From NCBI GenBank assembly GCA_016871915.1, contig VHBP01000003.1:11905-75904 (forward strand): DNA of 64,000 nt, written 5' to 3'. This DNA is from Gemmatimonadota bacterium (lineage in GTDB: Bacteria; Gemmatimonadota; Gemmatimonadetes; Gemmatimonadales; Gemmatimonadaceae). How positions within the stretch are numbered: position 1 is the stretch's first letter; the number at the start of each line of letters is the position of its first letter. Shown here piece after piece: positions 29,361 to 39,556 of this stretch. The notes beneath the pieces are model-generated. The model searched no databases. It was not told the origin of the DNA and saw only the letters and a program-made list of their open reading frames with translations. The translations under genes and the position numbers were made by a program.

Positions 29361-30908
29361 ATGGCTTCGAAGGTGGACCGCCCCGTCGTGCTCGTCGTCC
29401 TCGATGGCTGGGGGCATCGCGCGCAGACCGATGGGAACGCGATCGCGGTGGCGCAGACCCCGACCTGGGACCGGCTCTGGGTCCGTGCGCCCAAGACGCT
29501 CCTCGAGGCAAGTGGACGCGAAGTCGGGCTCCCCGAGGGGCAGATGGGGAACAGCGAGGTCGGCCATCTCAACCTCGGCGCCGGCCGCGTGGTGATGCAG
29601 GACCTCGTGCGGATCGGGGAGAGCATCCGCGACGGGTCGTTCTTCTCCAATGCCGCCTTTCGTGGGGCCTGTGCTCAGGTGCGCACCTCCGGTGGGACGC
29701 TCCACCTCCTCGGCCTCGTCGGGGATGGTGGGGTTCATGCCCACGACGACCATCTCCTGGCCTTGGTCGATCTGGCGACGCGCGAGCGGGTGCCACGCAT
29801 CGCGCTGCATCTGTTGCTCGACGGTCGCGACACCCTTCCCACCTCCGCGCTCGGCTACGTACGGGCCCTACTGGCCAAGATCGGGGATCGCGCGGTGATC
29901 GGCAGCCTCGGCGGACGCTACTACGGGATGGATCGCGACCATCGGTGGGCGCGCACCCAGCGCTGCTACGATGCCGCGGTGCGTGGCACTGGGCCCACGA
30001 CCGACAACCCGATCGCATACATCGAGGCCCAGTACGCCGCGGGCACCACCGATGAGTTCCAGTCACCCGCGACGGTCATGTGCGATGGGCAGCCGGTGGC
30101 GCGCATGCGGGATGGCGACGCGGTGATCACCTGGAACTATCGCTCCGACCGCATGCGACAGATCGTGCGCGCGCTGGCGATCGATGGGTTCGACGGCTTC
30201 GACATCAGCGGGCGTCCGCGACTCCACGTGGCGACGATGACGCAGTACGACCAGACCTTCGGCCTGCCGATCGCCTTCGAGCCCTTCTCGATGGCGAAGA
30301 TCGTCGCCGAGGTGATCGAGGACGCAGGGATGACCACGCTCCGCGCGGCGGAGACGGAGAAGTACCCGCACGTGACCTATTTCTTCAACGGCGGGAACGA
30401 GACGCCGTATCGCGGCGAGGAGCGGATCCTCGTCCCGAGCCAGCAGGTGGCGACCTATGACCTGATGCCGGAGATGAGCGCGCCGGGGATCACCGACGTG
30501 CTCGTGGAGCATATGCGCCGGAAGTCGCACGAGTTCACGCTCTGCAACTACGCGAACGGCGACATGGTCGGCCACAGCGGGAATTTCGCTGCGACGGTGC
30601 GCGCCTGTGAGGTCGTGGACCAGCAACTGGCACGCATCGTCGCGGCCGCCGAGCAGACCGGCACGCGCCTGTTGATCACCGCCGACCACGGCAACTGTGA
30701 GATGATGATCGACCCCTCCACGGGTGGCCCCCATACCGCCCACACCACGAATCCGGTGCCCTTCCTCCTGATCGATGACGGCGCGCCGATGGCGCTCCGC
30801 TCCGGCGGCGCGCTCTGCGACGTCGGCCCCACGGTGCTCGCGATGCTCGGGGTCGACCGCCCCGATGCGATGACCGGACGCGACCTGCGCGTGCGAGGTG
30901 CGGTATGA
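29361..30908 (+). CDS. gpmI: 2,3-bisphosphoglycerate-independent phosphoglycerate mutase
   Basis: VLDGWG, MGNSEVGH, GRYYGMDRD, AETEKYPHVT, DMVGHSG, TADHGNCE. Confidence 0.97.
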   Translation: MASKVDRPVVLVVLDGWGHRAQTDGNAIAVAQTPTWDRLWVRAPKTLLEASGREVGLPEGQMGNSEVGHLNLGAGRVVMQDLVRIGESIRDGSFFSNAAFRGACAQVRTSGGTLHLLGLVGDGGVHAHDDHLLALVDLATRERVPRIALHLLLDGRDTLPTSALGYVRALLAKIGDRAVIGSLGGRYYGMDRDHRWARTQRCYDAAVRGTGPTTDNPIAYIEAQYAAGTTDEFQSPATVMCDGQPVARMRDGDAVITWNYRSDRMRQIVRALAIDGFDGFDISGRPRLHVATMTQYDQTFGLPIAFEPFSMAKIVAEVIEDAGMTTLRAAETEKYPHVTYFFNGGNETPYRGEERILVPSQQVATYDLMPEMSAPGITDVLVEHMRRKSHEFTLCNYANGDMVGHSGNFAATVRACEVVDQQLARIVAAAEQTGTRLLITADHGNCEMMIDPSTGGPHTAHTTNPVPFLLIDDGAPMALRSGGALCDVGPTVLAMLGVDRPDAMTGRDLRVRGAV

Positions 30909-31621
30909 GGCACGCCGCTTCGCTCGTCCGCGCGCTGCTGGTTGGCGCACTCGGGCTCGGTGTGCTCGGGTTCGGTGTCGCGCGACCGGCCGGCGCGCAG
31001 GTCGGGCATGACCCGGTGTCGAGCCCGTACGAGGATCTGCGCGGGCGGCAGGCCGCGACGATCGGGATCGGCACGCTCGCGCCAGGGCGTGATCCCGCCG
31101 GGGTCGCCCCCAAGAGCGGGGTGATGCTCACCGGACGCTACGACCTGCAGCTCACGCGCCCGCTCTGGTTCTTCGCGCGACTTGGCGTGGCACCGAGCCT
31201 CGAGCGTCCGATCAAGGATCCGCTCTTCACGGATGCGCAGCGCGATGCCGGGACGGAGCGGCATCCGATGGTGCTGACCGAGGTGGGGCTCAACATGAAC
31301 CTCACCGGGAACAAGTCGTGGCGGCGGGTCGTGCCGCAGTTCCATAGCGCGATCGGTTTCGTCACCGACGGCAACACCAAGTTCGACCTCGGGGGCTACA
31401 AGTTCGGGAGCGCCTTCACGATCTCGTACGGCCTCGGGGCGCGCGTCACCACGGGGCGGGACTGGGAGCTCCATGCCGACCTCACGCGGGTGCACTGGAA
31501 GTACACGTATCCCGATGCGTATGCGGCGGGGAGCGATCCACTGGTCTCGAGTGGGCGGCTCGGCCCCTGGGTCGGGAACTCGGTCATGCAGATCGGCGTG
31601 AGCCGCTTCTTCTTCCGGTGA
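30905..31621 (+). CDS. Exported hypothetical protein, probable small outer-membrane beta-barrel
   Basis: Signal peptide to PAGAQ, alternating aromatic/hydrophobic strands, C-terminus RFFFR. Confidence 0.6.
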   Translation: MRHAASLVRALLVGALGLGVLGFGVARPAGAQVGHDPVSSPYEDLRGRQAATIGIGTLAPGRDPAGVAPKSGVMLTGRYDLQLTRPLWFFARLGVAPSLERPIKDPLFTDAQRDAGTERHPMVLTEVGLNMNLTGNKSWRRVVPQFHSAIGFVTDGNTKFDLGGYKFGSAFTISYGLGARVTTGRDWELHADLTRVHWKYTYPDAYAAGSDPLVSSGRLGPWVGNSVMQIGVSRFFFR

Positions 31622-31628
31622 CCTGACC

Positions 31629-32051
31629 ATGCCACGCGCCACCCTCACCCGCCGACTCACCTTCTCCGCTGCGCATCGCTACCGCCGGCCGGAGTGGAGT
31701 GATGCGAAGAACGCTGAGGTGTTCGGGGCGTGCGCGCACCCGAATTGGCACGGGCATACCTACACCTGCGAGGTGACAGTCGGCGGAGAGATCGATCCTC
31801 TCACGGGATTCTGCGCCGACCTCGCTGCATTGGATCGCGTGCTCGCGGAGCGGGTGCATGCGCGACTCGACCACAAGAACCTCGTGCTCGATGTGCCGGA
31901 GTTCGCGGAGGGGCGTGAGATCCCGACCTCGGAGAATGTGGCGTGGTGGATCGCGCGCGAGGTACAGGCGGGACTCGGCGGCTCGGCGCGTGTGCTACGG
32001 GTGCGGCTCGCGGAGATGTCGGACCTCTGGGTGGAGATCGACCCGACGTGA
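31629..32051 (+). CDS. 6-pyruvoyl-tetrahydropterin synthase family (COG0720), Cx5HGH (PTPS-II) type
   Basis: TFSAAH, FGACAHPNWHGHTY, LDHKNL, PTSENVA. Confidence 0.88.
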   Translation: MPRATLTRRLTFSAAHRYRRPEWSDAKNAEVFGACAHPNWHGHTYTCEVTVGGEIDPLTGFCADLAALDRVLAERVHARLDHKNLVLDVPEFAEGREIPTSENVAWWIAREVQAGLGGSARVLRVRLAEMSDLWVEIDPT

Positions 32052-32779
32052 CGGCGGGGCCGGACGGCGCGACCCCGCTCGATGCGGTGGACGAGGTGCC
32101 GGTCTGGCTCGAGGTGAATGGCCAGCCGGCGGTCACCTGGATGTGCACCCCGGATCAACTCGATGCGCTCGTCGTGGGCTGGTGCTACGGCGAGGGGTAT
32201 CTCGAGTCGCGCGATGACCTGCTCTCGATGCGCCCCTGCGCGCGCGAGCTCGGCTTCTGGGTCACGGTGCCAGAGACGCGCTATGCCACGGTGGAGGGAG
32301 AGGAGCGGCGACGGGTCCTCGCCTCCGGGTGCGGCGCGGTGACGACGATCCTCGGCGCGCTCCACAAGGTGCCGCGGCGCGCGACGACGCCCACGATCCC
32401 CGACCTCGCGCAGACGCGCGCGCTCTTCAAGGCGCTCTTCGCGCGCGGGGAGCGGTATCAGTCGACCGGAGGGATCCACGCGGCGGCGCTCACCGATGGG
32501 GTCGAGCTATTGAACCACGCCGAGGATATCGGGCGACACAACGCGGTGGACAAGGTGATGGGGCAGCGGATCCTCGCGCGCGAGGGGACGGCGGATCTCA
32601 TCCTGTTGGTGACGGGGCGGATCTCGGGGGAGCTCGCGTACAAGGCGGCGCGCGCGCGGATCGCGGTGGTGGCGACGCCGTCGGTGCCGAGCACGGTGGC
32701 GGTGGAGATCGCGCGCGCGGCGGGGATGGTGCTGATCGGGCGGGCGGTGTCAGGGACGCCGCAGGTCTGGACGCCATGA
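32048..32779 (+). CDS. fdhD: Formate dehydrogenase accessory sulfurtransferase FdhD
   Basis: VDEVPV, MCTP..LDALVVG..YGEG, TGGIHAAA, EDIGRHNAVDKVMG, TGRISGE. Confidence 0.9.
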   Translation: MTAGPDGATPLDAVDEVPVWLEVNGQPAVTWMCTPDQLDALVVGWCYGEGYLESRDDLLSMRPCARELGFWVTVPETRYATVEGEERRRVLASGCGAVTTILGALHKVPRRATTPTIPDLAQTRALFKALFARGERYQSTGGIHAAALTDGVELLNHAEDIGRHNAVDKVMGQRILAREGTADLILLVTGRISGELAYKAARARIAVVATPSVPSTVAVEIARAAGMVLIGRAVSGTPQVWTP

Positions 32780-33426
32780 GCTGCACCGGCGTGATCCTCG
32801 CGGGGGGCGGTGCCACGCGTTTCGGTGGTCGACCCAAGGGGTTGGAGCTCGTCGCCGGTGAGCGGATCATCGATCGCGTGGCGCGGGCGCTGCGGATGGT
32901 GACCGATGATCTGCTCCTGGTGGCGAATGCGCCTGATGCGGCGCGCTGGTTGCCGGGGGTGCGCACCGTGGCCGATGTGCGGCCGGGAGAGGGAGCGCTC
33001 GGCGGATTGCATGCGGCATTGACCTGTGCGGCGGATGATGTCCGTGTGGCGACGGTCGACGAGGGCCAGGCACCCGACGTGCTCGTCGTCGCCTGGGATA
33101 TGCCGTTCGTCTCCGCGGCGCTGCTGGGTGTGATGCGCGCGCGTGGGGAGGCGGGCGATGTGGACGCCGTGCTCCCCGAGAGCGACGGCTCGCGGCGCGG
33201 GGTGGAGCCGCTCTGTGCCTGGTACGCTGCGCGCTGCCTCGCGCCGATCACGGCGGCGCTCGAGGCCGGCGACCGACGAGTGATCGCCTTCCTCGATGCC
33301 ATGCGCATGGCGCGGGTGCCCCTCGAGGAGGTGCGGCGCTTCGGCGATCTCGATCGCCTCTTCGGCAATGTGAACACCGCCGAGGATCTCGCGCGGCTGC
33401 AGGGGATGGTGCCCGATGTCGGGTAA
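32776..33426 (+). CDS. mobA: Molybdenum cofactor guanylyltransferase
   Basis: ILAGGGATRFGGRPK, GALGGL, AWDMP, EPLCAWY, NVNT. Confidence 0.9.
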   Translation: MSCTGVILAGGGATRFGGRPKGLELVAGERIIDRVARALRMVTDDLLLVANAPDAARWLPGVRTVADVRPGEGALGGLHAALTCAADDVRVATVDEGQAPDVLVVAWDMPFVSAALLGVMRARGEAGDVDAVLPESDGSRRGVEPLCAWYAARCLAPITAALEAGDRRVIAFLDAMRMARVPLEEVRRFGDLDRLFGNVNTAEDLARLQGMVPDVG

Positions 33427-33964
33427 GCGCCCCCCGATCCTCTGCGTGGTCGGAAGGAAGCATGTCGGGAAGACGACCACGGTCGTGCGGCTCAGCGCGG
33501 AGCTCACGCGGCGCGGACACCGCGTGATGATCCTCAAACATGGGTCGCACACCTTCACCCTCGATCCCGCCGGCACCGACACCTATCGTCACTATCACGA
33601 GGGAAACGCCGCCCGGGTCGCGATGGCGTCCCCCGACAAGTTCGCGCTCGTCTCGCGGTGGGAGGAGGAACTCGCGCCCGAGGTGATCGTGGAGCGCTAC
33701 CTCGCCGATGCCGATCTCGTGCTCGCCGAAGGGTTCAAGGGATCGGCGCTGCCGAAGCTCGAGGTGGTGCGCCGAGCGGTCTTCCCGACCTCACTCTGGC
33801 AGGATGCATGGCTGCCGGAGGATTCCTGTGTCGCGATGGTGAGCGATGCGGTGATCCCGGGATTCTCTGGTGTGTCGTTCTCCCTCGATGATGCGGCGTG
33901 GGTCGAGCGCTGCGCTGACTGGATCGAACAGACCTTTCTCACCGCGACTTCGCAGGGCTCCTGA
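33416..33964 (+). CDS. mobB: Molybdopterin-guanine dinucleotide biosynthesis protein B
   Basis: VVGRKHVGKTT, ILKH, GTDTYRH, DLVLAEGFK. Confidence 0.88.
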   Translation: MSGKRPPILCVVGRKHVGKTTTVVRLSAELTRRGHRVMILKHGSHTFTLDPAGTDTYRHYHEGNAARVAMASPDKFALVSRWEEELAPEVIVERYLADADLVLAEGFKGSALPKLEVVRRAVFPTSLWQDAWLPEDSCVAMVSDAVIPGFSGVSFSLDDAAWVERCADWIEQTFLTATSQGS

Positions 33965-35496
33965 TGCGATCTATCCCGTCGCTGTTCGTCTCTCTCTCGC
34001 TCTTCACCCTGGCGGCCTGCCAGCCGGTCGGTGGCCCATCGACTCGCCCGGCCCCAGCGATTGCGCCACGCGTGGCCTTTCGCGCCCTCGCCGACTCGCT
34101 CCTCGACGACCGTCGATTCCGCTCCGCGAACTGGGGGGTGCTCGTCGTCGACCCATCGACCGGTGACACCCTCTACTCCCGAAATGCCGGCAAGCTCTTC
34201 ATGCCGGCCTCGAATCAGAAGCTGATCACCGGGGCGGTGGCCCTCGCGCGACTTGGCGGTGACTTCCGCTACGAGACACGCGTGCTCGGGAGCGCCTCGG
34301 TGCGCGATGGCATCCTCCCCGGCGACCTCGCCGTGCTCGGGAGCGGGGATCCCTCCTACACCGATTCGCTCGCCGGTGGTGATGCGATGGCGCCGCTTCG
34401 TGCCCTCGCCGATTCGCTCACCGCGCGCGGGATCCGCGAGGTCGCCGGTCGACTGCTACGTGCCGCCCCGGTCTTCCCCGATTCCACCCTCGGCTTCGGC
34501 TGGGCGTGGGACGATCTCGACTACGGGTACTCCGCCCCGGTCGATGCGCTCTTCTTCAACGAGGGGATCGCGCGAGTGACGATCGTCGGCGGGGCGACGC
34601 CCGGAGCACCGGTCACCGTGCGGACCGCGCCGGCTCGCACCGTGCCAGCACTCGGCCCCATTGCCGTGACGACGATCGCGCGCGATACCACGCGGACGAA
34701 TGGTCGCGCCGTAGCGCGCACCCGCGTGGAGTGGACCAGCGATGTGCGCGGCGTACGGCCGCTCCTCTCGCTCAGTGGCCAGGTGATCACCGGCGATTCG
34801 GTGACGCTCGAGGTCGCGCTCCGTCATCCGAGCGGGGCCTGGCTCGATGCCTTCGCCGAGGCGTTGGCGGCGCGTGGGATCCACGTGCGCGGTGGCGTGG
34901 AGCCCAATGCCATCGCCGATACGACGGGGATGATCACGCTCGCCTCGCGACAGTCTCCGCCCCTGCGCGAGATCCTCCCGCGCTTCGAGAAGCCCTCACA
35001 GAATCAGATCGGTGAGCTCCTCTTCAAGACACTCGGGCGCGTGGAGACGGGGAGCGGGACGGCGGACTCCGGCCGCGCCGTGGTCGAGCGCCAGCTCCTC
35101 GCCTGGGGCGCGGACTCCGCCGGGTTCGCCGTGCGCGATGGCAGCGGGCTCTCCCGCCACGACTATCTCGCCCCGGAGACGATCGTGCGTGTGCTCGAGG
35201 CGATACGGCGCCACCCGGAGTTCCGGACCTTCTACGATGCCCTTCCGATCGCGGGAATCGACGGCACGATCCGCAACCGGATGCGCGGGACGCCAGCACT
35301 GGGGAACGTCCGCGCCAAGACGGGGACCCTCGATAAGGCGCGCGCCCTCTCGGGCTACGTCACCAGCGCCGATGGCCGCCTCCTCCTCTTCTCGATGCTC
35401 GCGAACAACCACGTGGTCTCGAACGCCGAGGTCGAGCGGGTGCAGGACGCGCTCCTCGTCTGGCTCGCGTCGAACCGGCTCGGTGCGCCGCGCTGA
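33964..35496 (+). CDS. dacB: D-alanyl-D-alanine carboxypeptidase/endopeptidase (peptidase S13, PBP4), lipoprotein
   Basis: Lipobox LAAC, PASNQK (SxxK), SQN (SxN), DGSGLSR, AKTGT (KTG). Confidence 0.92.
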   Translation: MRSIPSLFVSLSLFTLAACQPVGGPSTRPAPAIAPRVAFRALADSLLDDRRFRSANWGVLVVDPSTGDTLYSRNAGKLFMPASNQKLITGAVALARLGGDFRYETRVLGSASVRDGILPGDLAVLGSGDPSYTDSLAGGDAMAPLRALADSLTARGIREVAGRLLRAAPVFPDSTLGFGWAWDDLDYGYSAPVDALFFNEGIARVTIVGGATPGAPVTVRTAPARTVPALGPIAVTTIARDTTRTNGRAVARTRVEWTSDVRGVRPLLSLSGQVITGDSVTLEVALRHPSGAWLDAFAEALAARGIHVRGGVEPNAIADTTGMITLASRQSPPLREILPRFEKPSQNQIGELLFKTLGRVETGSGTADSGRAVVERQLLAWGADSAGFAVRDGSGLSRHDYLAPETIVRVLEAIRRHPEFRTFYDALPIAGIDGTIRNRMRGTPALGNVRAKTGTLDKARALSGYVTSADGRLLLFSMLANNHVVSNAEVERVQDALLVWLASNRLGAPR

Positions 35497-36752
35497 TGCA
35501 GAGCGTCGCCGAGGCAGTCGCGCAGATCACCGAGGGGATCGCCCCGCTCGCCGTCGAGTCGGTGGGGCTCGGCGACGCGCTCGGCCGGGTGCTCGCCACG
35601 GACATTCGCTCGCCGATCACGCTCCCGCATTGGGACAACTCCGCCATGGATGGCTATGCGGTGCGCGGGGTGGACATCGCGGGGGCGAGCACTGATTCGC
35701 CGATCATGTTGCCGGTGCTCGAGACCATCGCTGCGGGGGCCTTCCCCACGCGGGCGCTTGGGGCGCGTGAGGCGACGCGGATCATGACGGGGGCACCGAT
35801 CCCTGAGGGCGCCGACACCGTGGTGCGCGTCGAGGACACCGATGCGGGGCTCACCCAGGTGCAGGTGCGCAACGATCGTGATCGGGAGAAGAACATTCGC
35901 CGGCGCGGCGAGGATCTCACCGAGGGGACCATCGCCCTGCCCACTGGGATGCCCCTCGGCGCGGCGCAGATCGGCGTCCTCGCCTCTGTCGGCCAGGCCA
36001 CGGTCGCGGTGCACCGCCGTCCTCGTGTCGCGATCCTTGGCTCCGGCGACGAGCTCGTCGATCTCGATCACTTCGACGAAGTCCGCGCGGGGCGTAAGAT
36101 CGTCAGCTCCAACGCCTATACGCTCGATGCGCTCGTGCGGCTCAACGGAGGGATCCCGATCGCGCTCGGTCATGCGGCGGATATGCGCGAGGCGATGCGC
36201 GCGCTGCTGGAACGTGCCCTCGCCGAGCGACCCGATCTGATCGTCACCTCAGCAGGGGTCTCCGTCGGGGAGTTTGATCACACGCGGGCCGCGCTGGAGG
36301 AGATAGGGGCGGAGATGGCACTCTGGCGCGTGCGGATGCGGCCTGGTGCTCCGGTAGGGTTCGGAACGATCGCGGGGATTCCGTGGATCGGCCTCCCTGG
36401 CAATCCCGTCAGCGTGATGGTCACCTTCGAGCTCTTCGTGCGCCCGACCATTCGGCGGATGCTCGGCCACACGCGCCTGCATCGCCGCCCTGTCACCGTG
36501 ACGCTCGAGGAACCGGTGCGGATCGGCGCGAAGCTCACGCACTTCCTCCGCGCGATCGTCACCACGCGGCCCGACGGCTCGCTCACCGCCCGACTCACCG
36601 GCCCGCAGGGGTCAGGGATCCTCACCTCGATGTCGCTCGCGAATGCCCTGCTCGTGGTCCCGGAGGATCGCCCCGAGCTCCCGGCCGGAGAGCGACTATC
36701 GGCGCTCCTCCTCACCGAGGACGCGAGCACCTCGGCGACCTTCGCGCTGTGA
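35496..36752 (+). CDS. moeA: Molybdopterin molybdotransferase MoeA
   Basis: LGRVLA, DNSAMDGYA, RIMTGAPIP, GDEL, SAGVSVG, GLPGNPVS. Confidence 0.95.
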   Translation: MQSVAEAVAQITEGIAPLAVESVGLGDALGRVLATDIRSPITLPHWDNSAMDGYAVRGVDIAGASTDSPIMLPVLETIAAGAFPTRALGAREATRIMTGAPIPEGADTVVRVEDTDAGLTQVQVRNDRDREKNIRRRGEDLTEGTIALPTGMPLGAAQIGVLASVGQATVAVHRRPRVAILGSGDELVDLDHFDEVRAGRKIVSSNAYTLDALVRLNGGIPIALGHAADMREAMRALLERALAERPDLIVTSAGVSVGEFDHTRAALEEIGAEMALWRVRMRPGAPVGFGTIAGIPWIGLPGNPVSVMVTFELFVRPTIRRMLGHTRLHRRPVTVTLEEPVRIGAKLTHFLRAIVTTRPDGSLTARLTGPQGSGILTSMSLANALLVVPEDRPELPAGERLSALLLTEDASTSATFAL

Positions 36753-37456
36753 GGGAGCCCCTCGCGGCGCTCGAGCGCCGATTCGTCCTGGGCACCGCGG
36801 AGGTCACGCTCGTTGGGGATCGGATCACGCTGGAGAAGCCGCGGAATCCTGATGATCTCATCAATGAAGCCGATTTCGCGCATGATGAGCGGCTGCCATA
36901 CTGGGCCGATCTCTGGCCGGCAGCGGTGGTGCTCGCCGATCATCTGTTGACGGAGCAACGGCTGTTGGGCGCCGCTGATGCCCCCCACCGCCCGCGCGCC
37001 CTTGAGCTCGGCTGCGGGATCGGCCTCGTGACGATCGCCGCGATGCGCGCGGGGTACGACGTGGTCGCCACCGACTACTACGAGGATGCGCTCCTCTTCG
37101 CCGCACGCAACGCACTGCAGGCGAATGGACGTGAGCCTGAGACCCGCATGGTCGATTGGCGCGCCCTCCCCGATGATTTGGGGACGTTCGACCTGATCCT
37201 CGCGGCGGATGTCCTCTACGAGCGTCCGCATGCGACGCTGATCTCTGGGCTCATCGCCCGCGCGCTGGCCCCTGGGGGTCGCGCACTGATCTCTGATCAG
37301 GGACGCGTCGCGCTGCAGGATTTCCTCGACGCGCTCGGGCCATTGGGGCTCACGCACCGCGTGGTCCATCAGGAGCGACGGCCGGTGCATCCCCCCGCCC
37401 CGGAGGGATCATTCGCGCATCACGTGCTCACGGTATACGAGGTGCGGCGGAGCTAG
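36749..37456 (+). CDS. Class I SAM-dependent methyltransferase, METTL20/21-like lysine methyltransferase family
   Basis: LPYWADLWP, LELGCGIG (motif I), VVATDY, DLILAADVLY (DxxY). Confidence 0.82.
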   Translation: MREPLAALERRFVLGTAEVTLVGDRITLEKPRNPDDLINEADFAHDERLPYWADLWPAAVVLADHLLTEQRLLGAADAPHRPRALELGCGIGLVTIAAMRAGYDVVATDYYEDALLFAARNALQANGREPETRMVDWRALPDDLGTFDLILAADVLYERPHATLISGLIARALAPGGRALISDQGRVALQDFLDALGPLGLTHRVVHQERRPVHPPAPEGSFAHHVLTVYEVRRS

Positions 37457-37480
37457 CCGCCGCACCTCAGGCCCTGTGGA

Positions 37481-39541
37481 TTAGCCCAACTGCTCCGCGA
37501 CGACCTCGGCGATGTCGAGCACCGGTACCTCGGCCCCCTGCGCCTTCACCCCGTCGGCCATCATCGTCATACAGAAGGGACAGGCCACCGCGACGGCATC
37601 GGCCTGCGTCGCCAACGCCTCCTCGGCGCGCTCGACGTTGATCCGCTTGCCGACCGTCTCCTCCATCCACATGCGGCCACCGCCGGCGCCGCAACAGAGC
37701 CCCTTGTCGCGCGTGCGATCCATCTCGACGAGGTTCACCACCGGGAGCGCGCGCTTGAGCGTCTCACGCGGCGCATCGTAGATGTCGTTGTAGCGCCCGA
37801 GGTAGCAGGAGTCGTGATAGGTGAAGGTGCGCACCGGCGCATGGAGATCCTGCCGAATGGGGACACGCCCCTCAGCGAGGAGATACTCGATGTAGGTGGC
37901 GTGGTGGATCACCTCGTACTCCCCACCGAACTGCGGATACTCGTTGCCGAGCTGATGGAAGCAGTGCGGGCAGGCGGTCACCACCGTGCGGACGCCGTAG
38001 CGCCCGAGGGTCTCGACGTTGTCCTTGGCGAGGGTCTGGTAGAGGTACTCGTTCCCCATGCGGCGCGCCGGATCCCCATTGCACTTCTCCTCCTGCCCGA
38101 GGATCGCGAAGCGCACGCCGGCGGCTTGGAGGATCTTGGCGAAGGCGACGGTCGTCTTCTTGGCGCGATCGTCGAACGACCCCATGCACCCGACCCAGTA
38201 CAACACATCAGGACGCTCCCCGCGCGCCGCCATCTCGGCCATCGTGGGGATCTCCATCCCCTCCGCCCACTTGGCGCGATCGCCTGGATCGAACGACCAA
38301 GGTGACCCGCTCGTCTCCATCGCCTCGAAGGCGGGCATCAGCTCATCGGGAAAGCGCGACTCCGAGAGCACGAGGTTCCGACGGAGCTCGGTGATCACCG
38401 AGAGCTGATCGATCGAGACGGGGCACTCATACACACAGGCACGGCACGAGGTGCAGGCCCAGAGCTCCTCCTCGGTGATGTAGCCATCGAGGAGCGAGCG
38501 CTCGGCGATCGCCGCCGGCGCGTCGGGGCTCAGCGTGAGCACGCCCCCGTCCCCGGGCACCATCCACGGCGCCTTCTCCTCGAGCCGCTCGCGGACGTTG
38601 ATCATGATCTTCCGCGGCGAGAGCAACTTTCCGGTGGTGTTCGCGGGGCAGACCGCGGTGCAGCGCCCACACTCGGTGCAGGCGAAGCCATCGAGCAACG
38701 ACTTCCAGCTCAGATGCTCCACATCCTTCGCGCCGAACTGCTCGGCGTCGGCCCCCTCGAAGTCCATCGGGCGCACCGCGCCGGCGACGCCGGGCCCACT
38801 CGTGTTCGAGAGGTAGGTGTTGGGGAGCGAGGCGACCACATGGAGGTGCTTCGAGTACGGCAGGTAGTTCAGGAAGCCGAGCACGAGGAGGGCGTGCGCC
38901 CACCACCAGAGGTCGTGCATCTGCGCGGGAGCCGGCATCCCAGGCGCGAACCCGACCTGTACGAGCGCGATCGCGAGGGGATCGCTGACCGGACGCATCC
39001 CGCCGAGGGCCACCGGCTCAGAGACGATCGCGAAGGCCTCGGTGAGGAACATCGTCACCATCAGCGCGCCGATCCACGAGAGGATCAGGAGGGGATCGTT
39101 CGGATGGGTCTCCGCCCCTTCGAGGCGCTTCACCCGCTTGGTGAGCCGGCGCCAGAGCGCCATCGCGACCATCGCCAAGACGATCGCCGCGAACCCTTCC
39201 TGACTCAGGACGTAGCCGCGATAGAGGGACTCCGGGAGGAGATGCTCATAGCCGAACGAGGGGACGACCCCCTTGATGAGCATCTCCGTGGTGCCGGCGC
39301 CGAGGATCAGGAACCCCCAAAAGATGAGGGCGTGCATCGGCCCCGCGATCGAATCGCGGAAGATCTTCGACTGGAAGATCCCGATCGTGATGAGATTCCC
39401 CAGCCGCGCGGGGATCTCGGTCCAGCGGGAGTCGTCGAGCCGACCGATCCGCAGGTAGCCGATGAGGCGTTGGACGTTCGCCGCGAAGAAGCCGACGGCG
39501 AGGAGAAGAATCGCGAGGAAGAGGGCGTTGGCGGCGGTCAT
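37481..39541 (-). CDS. Membrane Fe-S oxidoreductase (FadF/EtfD-like; TM domain + 2x[4Fe-4S] + CCG domains)
   Basis: N-terminal TMs, [27 protein letters not shown] motifs (CNGD, CPHC, HDSCY, CCGAGGG, CPFC). Confidence 0.9.
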   Translation of the reverse strand: MTAANALFLAILLLAVGFFAANVQRLIGYLRIGRLDDSRWTEIPARLGNLITIGIFQSKIFRDSIAGPMHALIFWGFLILGAGTTEMLIKGVVPSFGYEHLLPESLYRGYVLSQEGFAAIVLAMVAMALWRRLTKRVKRLEGAETHPNDPLLILSWIGALMVTMFLTEAFAIVSEPVALGGMRPVSDPLAIALVQVGFAPGMPAPAQMHDLWWWAHALLVLGFLNYLPYSKHLHVVASLPNTYLSNTSGPGVAGAVRPMDFEGADAEQFGAKDVEHLSWKSLLDGFACTECGRCTAVCPANTTGKLLSPRKIMINVRERLEEKAPWMVPGDGGVLTLSPDAPAAIAERSLLDGYITEEELWACTSCRACVYECPVSIDQLSVITELRRNLVLSESRFPDELMPAFEAMETSGSPWSFDPGDRAKWAEGMEIPTMAEMAARGERPDVLYWVGCMGSFDDRAKKTTVAFAKILQAAGVRFAILGQEEKCNGDPARRMGNEYLYQTLAKDNVETLGRYGVRTVVTACPHCFHQLGNEYPQFGGEYEVIHHATYIEYLLAEGRVPIRQDLHAPVRTFTYHDSCYLGRYNDIYDAPRETLKRALPVVNLVEMDRTRDKGLCCGAGGGRMWMEETVGKRINVERAEEALATQADAVAVACPFCMTMMADGVKAQGAEVPVLDIAEVVAEQLG

Positions 39542-39556
39542 GCCCCAAAAGGTAGG

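Noticed and set aside
31629-32051. Gene symbol queD
   Set aside because: The motif is Cx5HGH rather than the Cx3HGH of queuosine-pathway QueD, and there are no que genes nearby.
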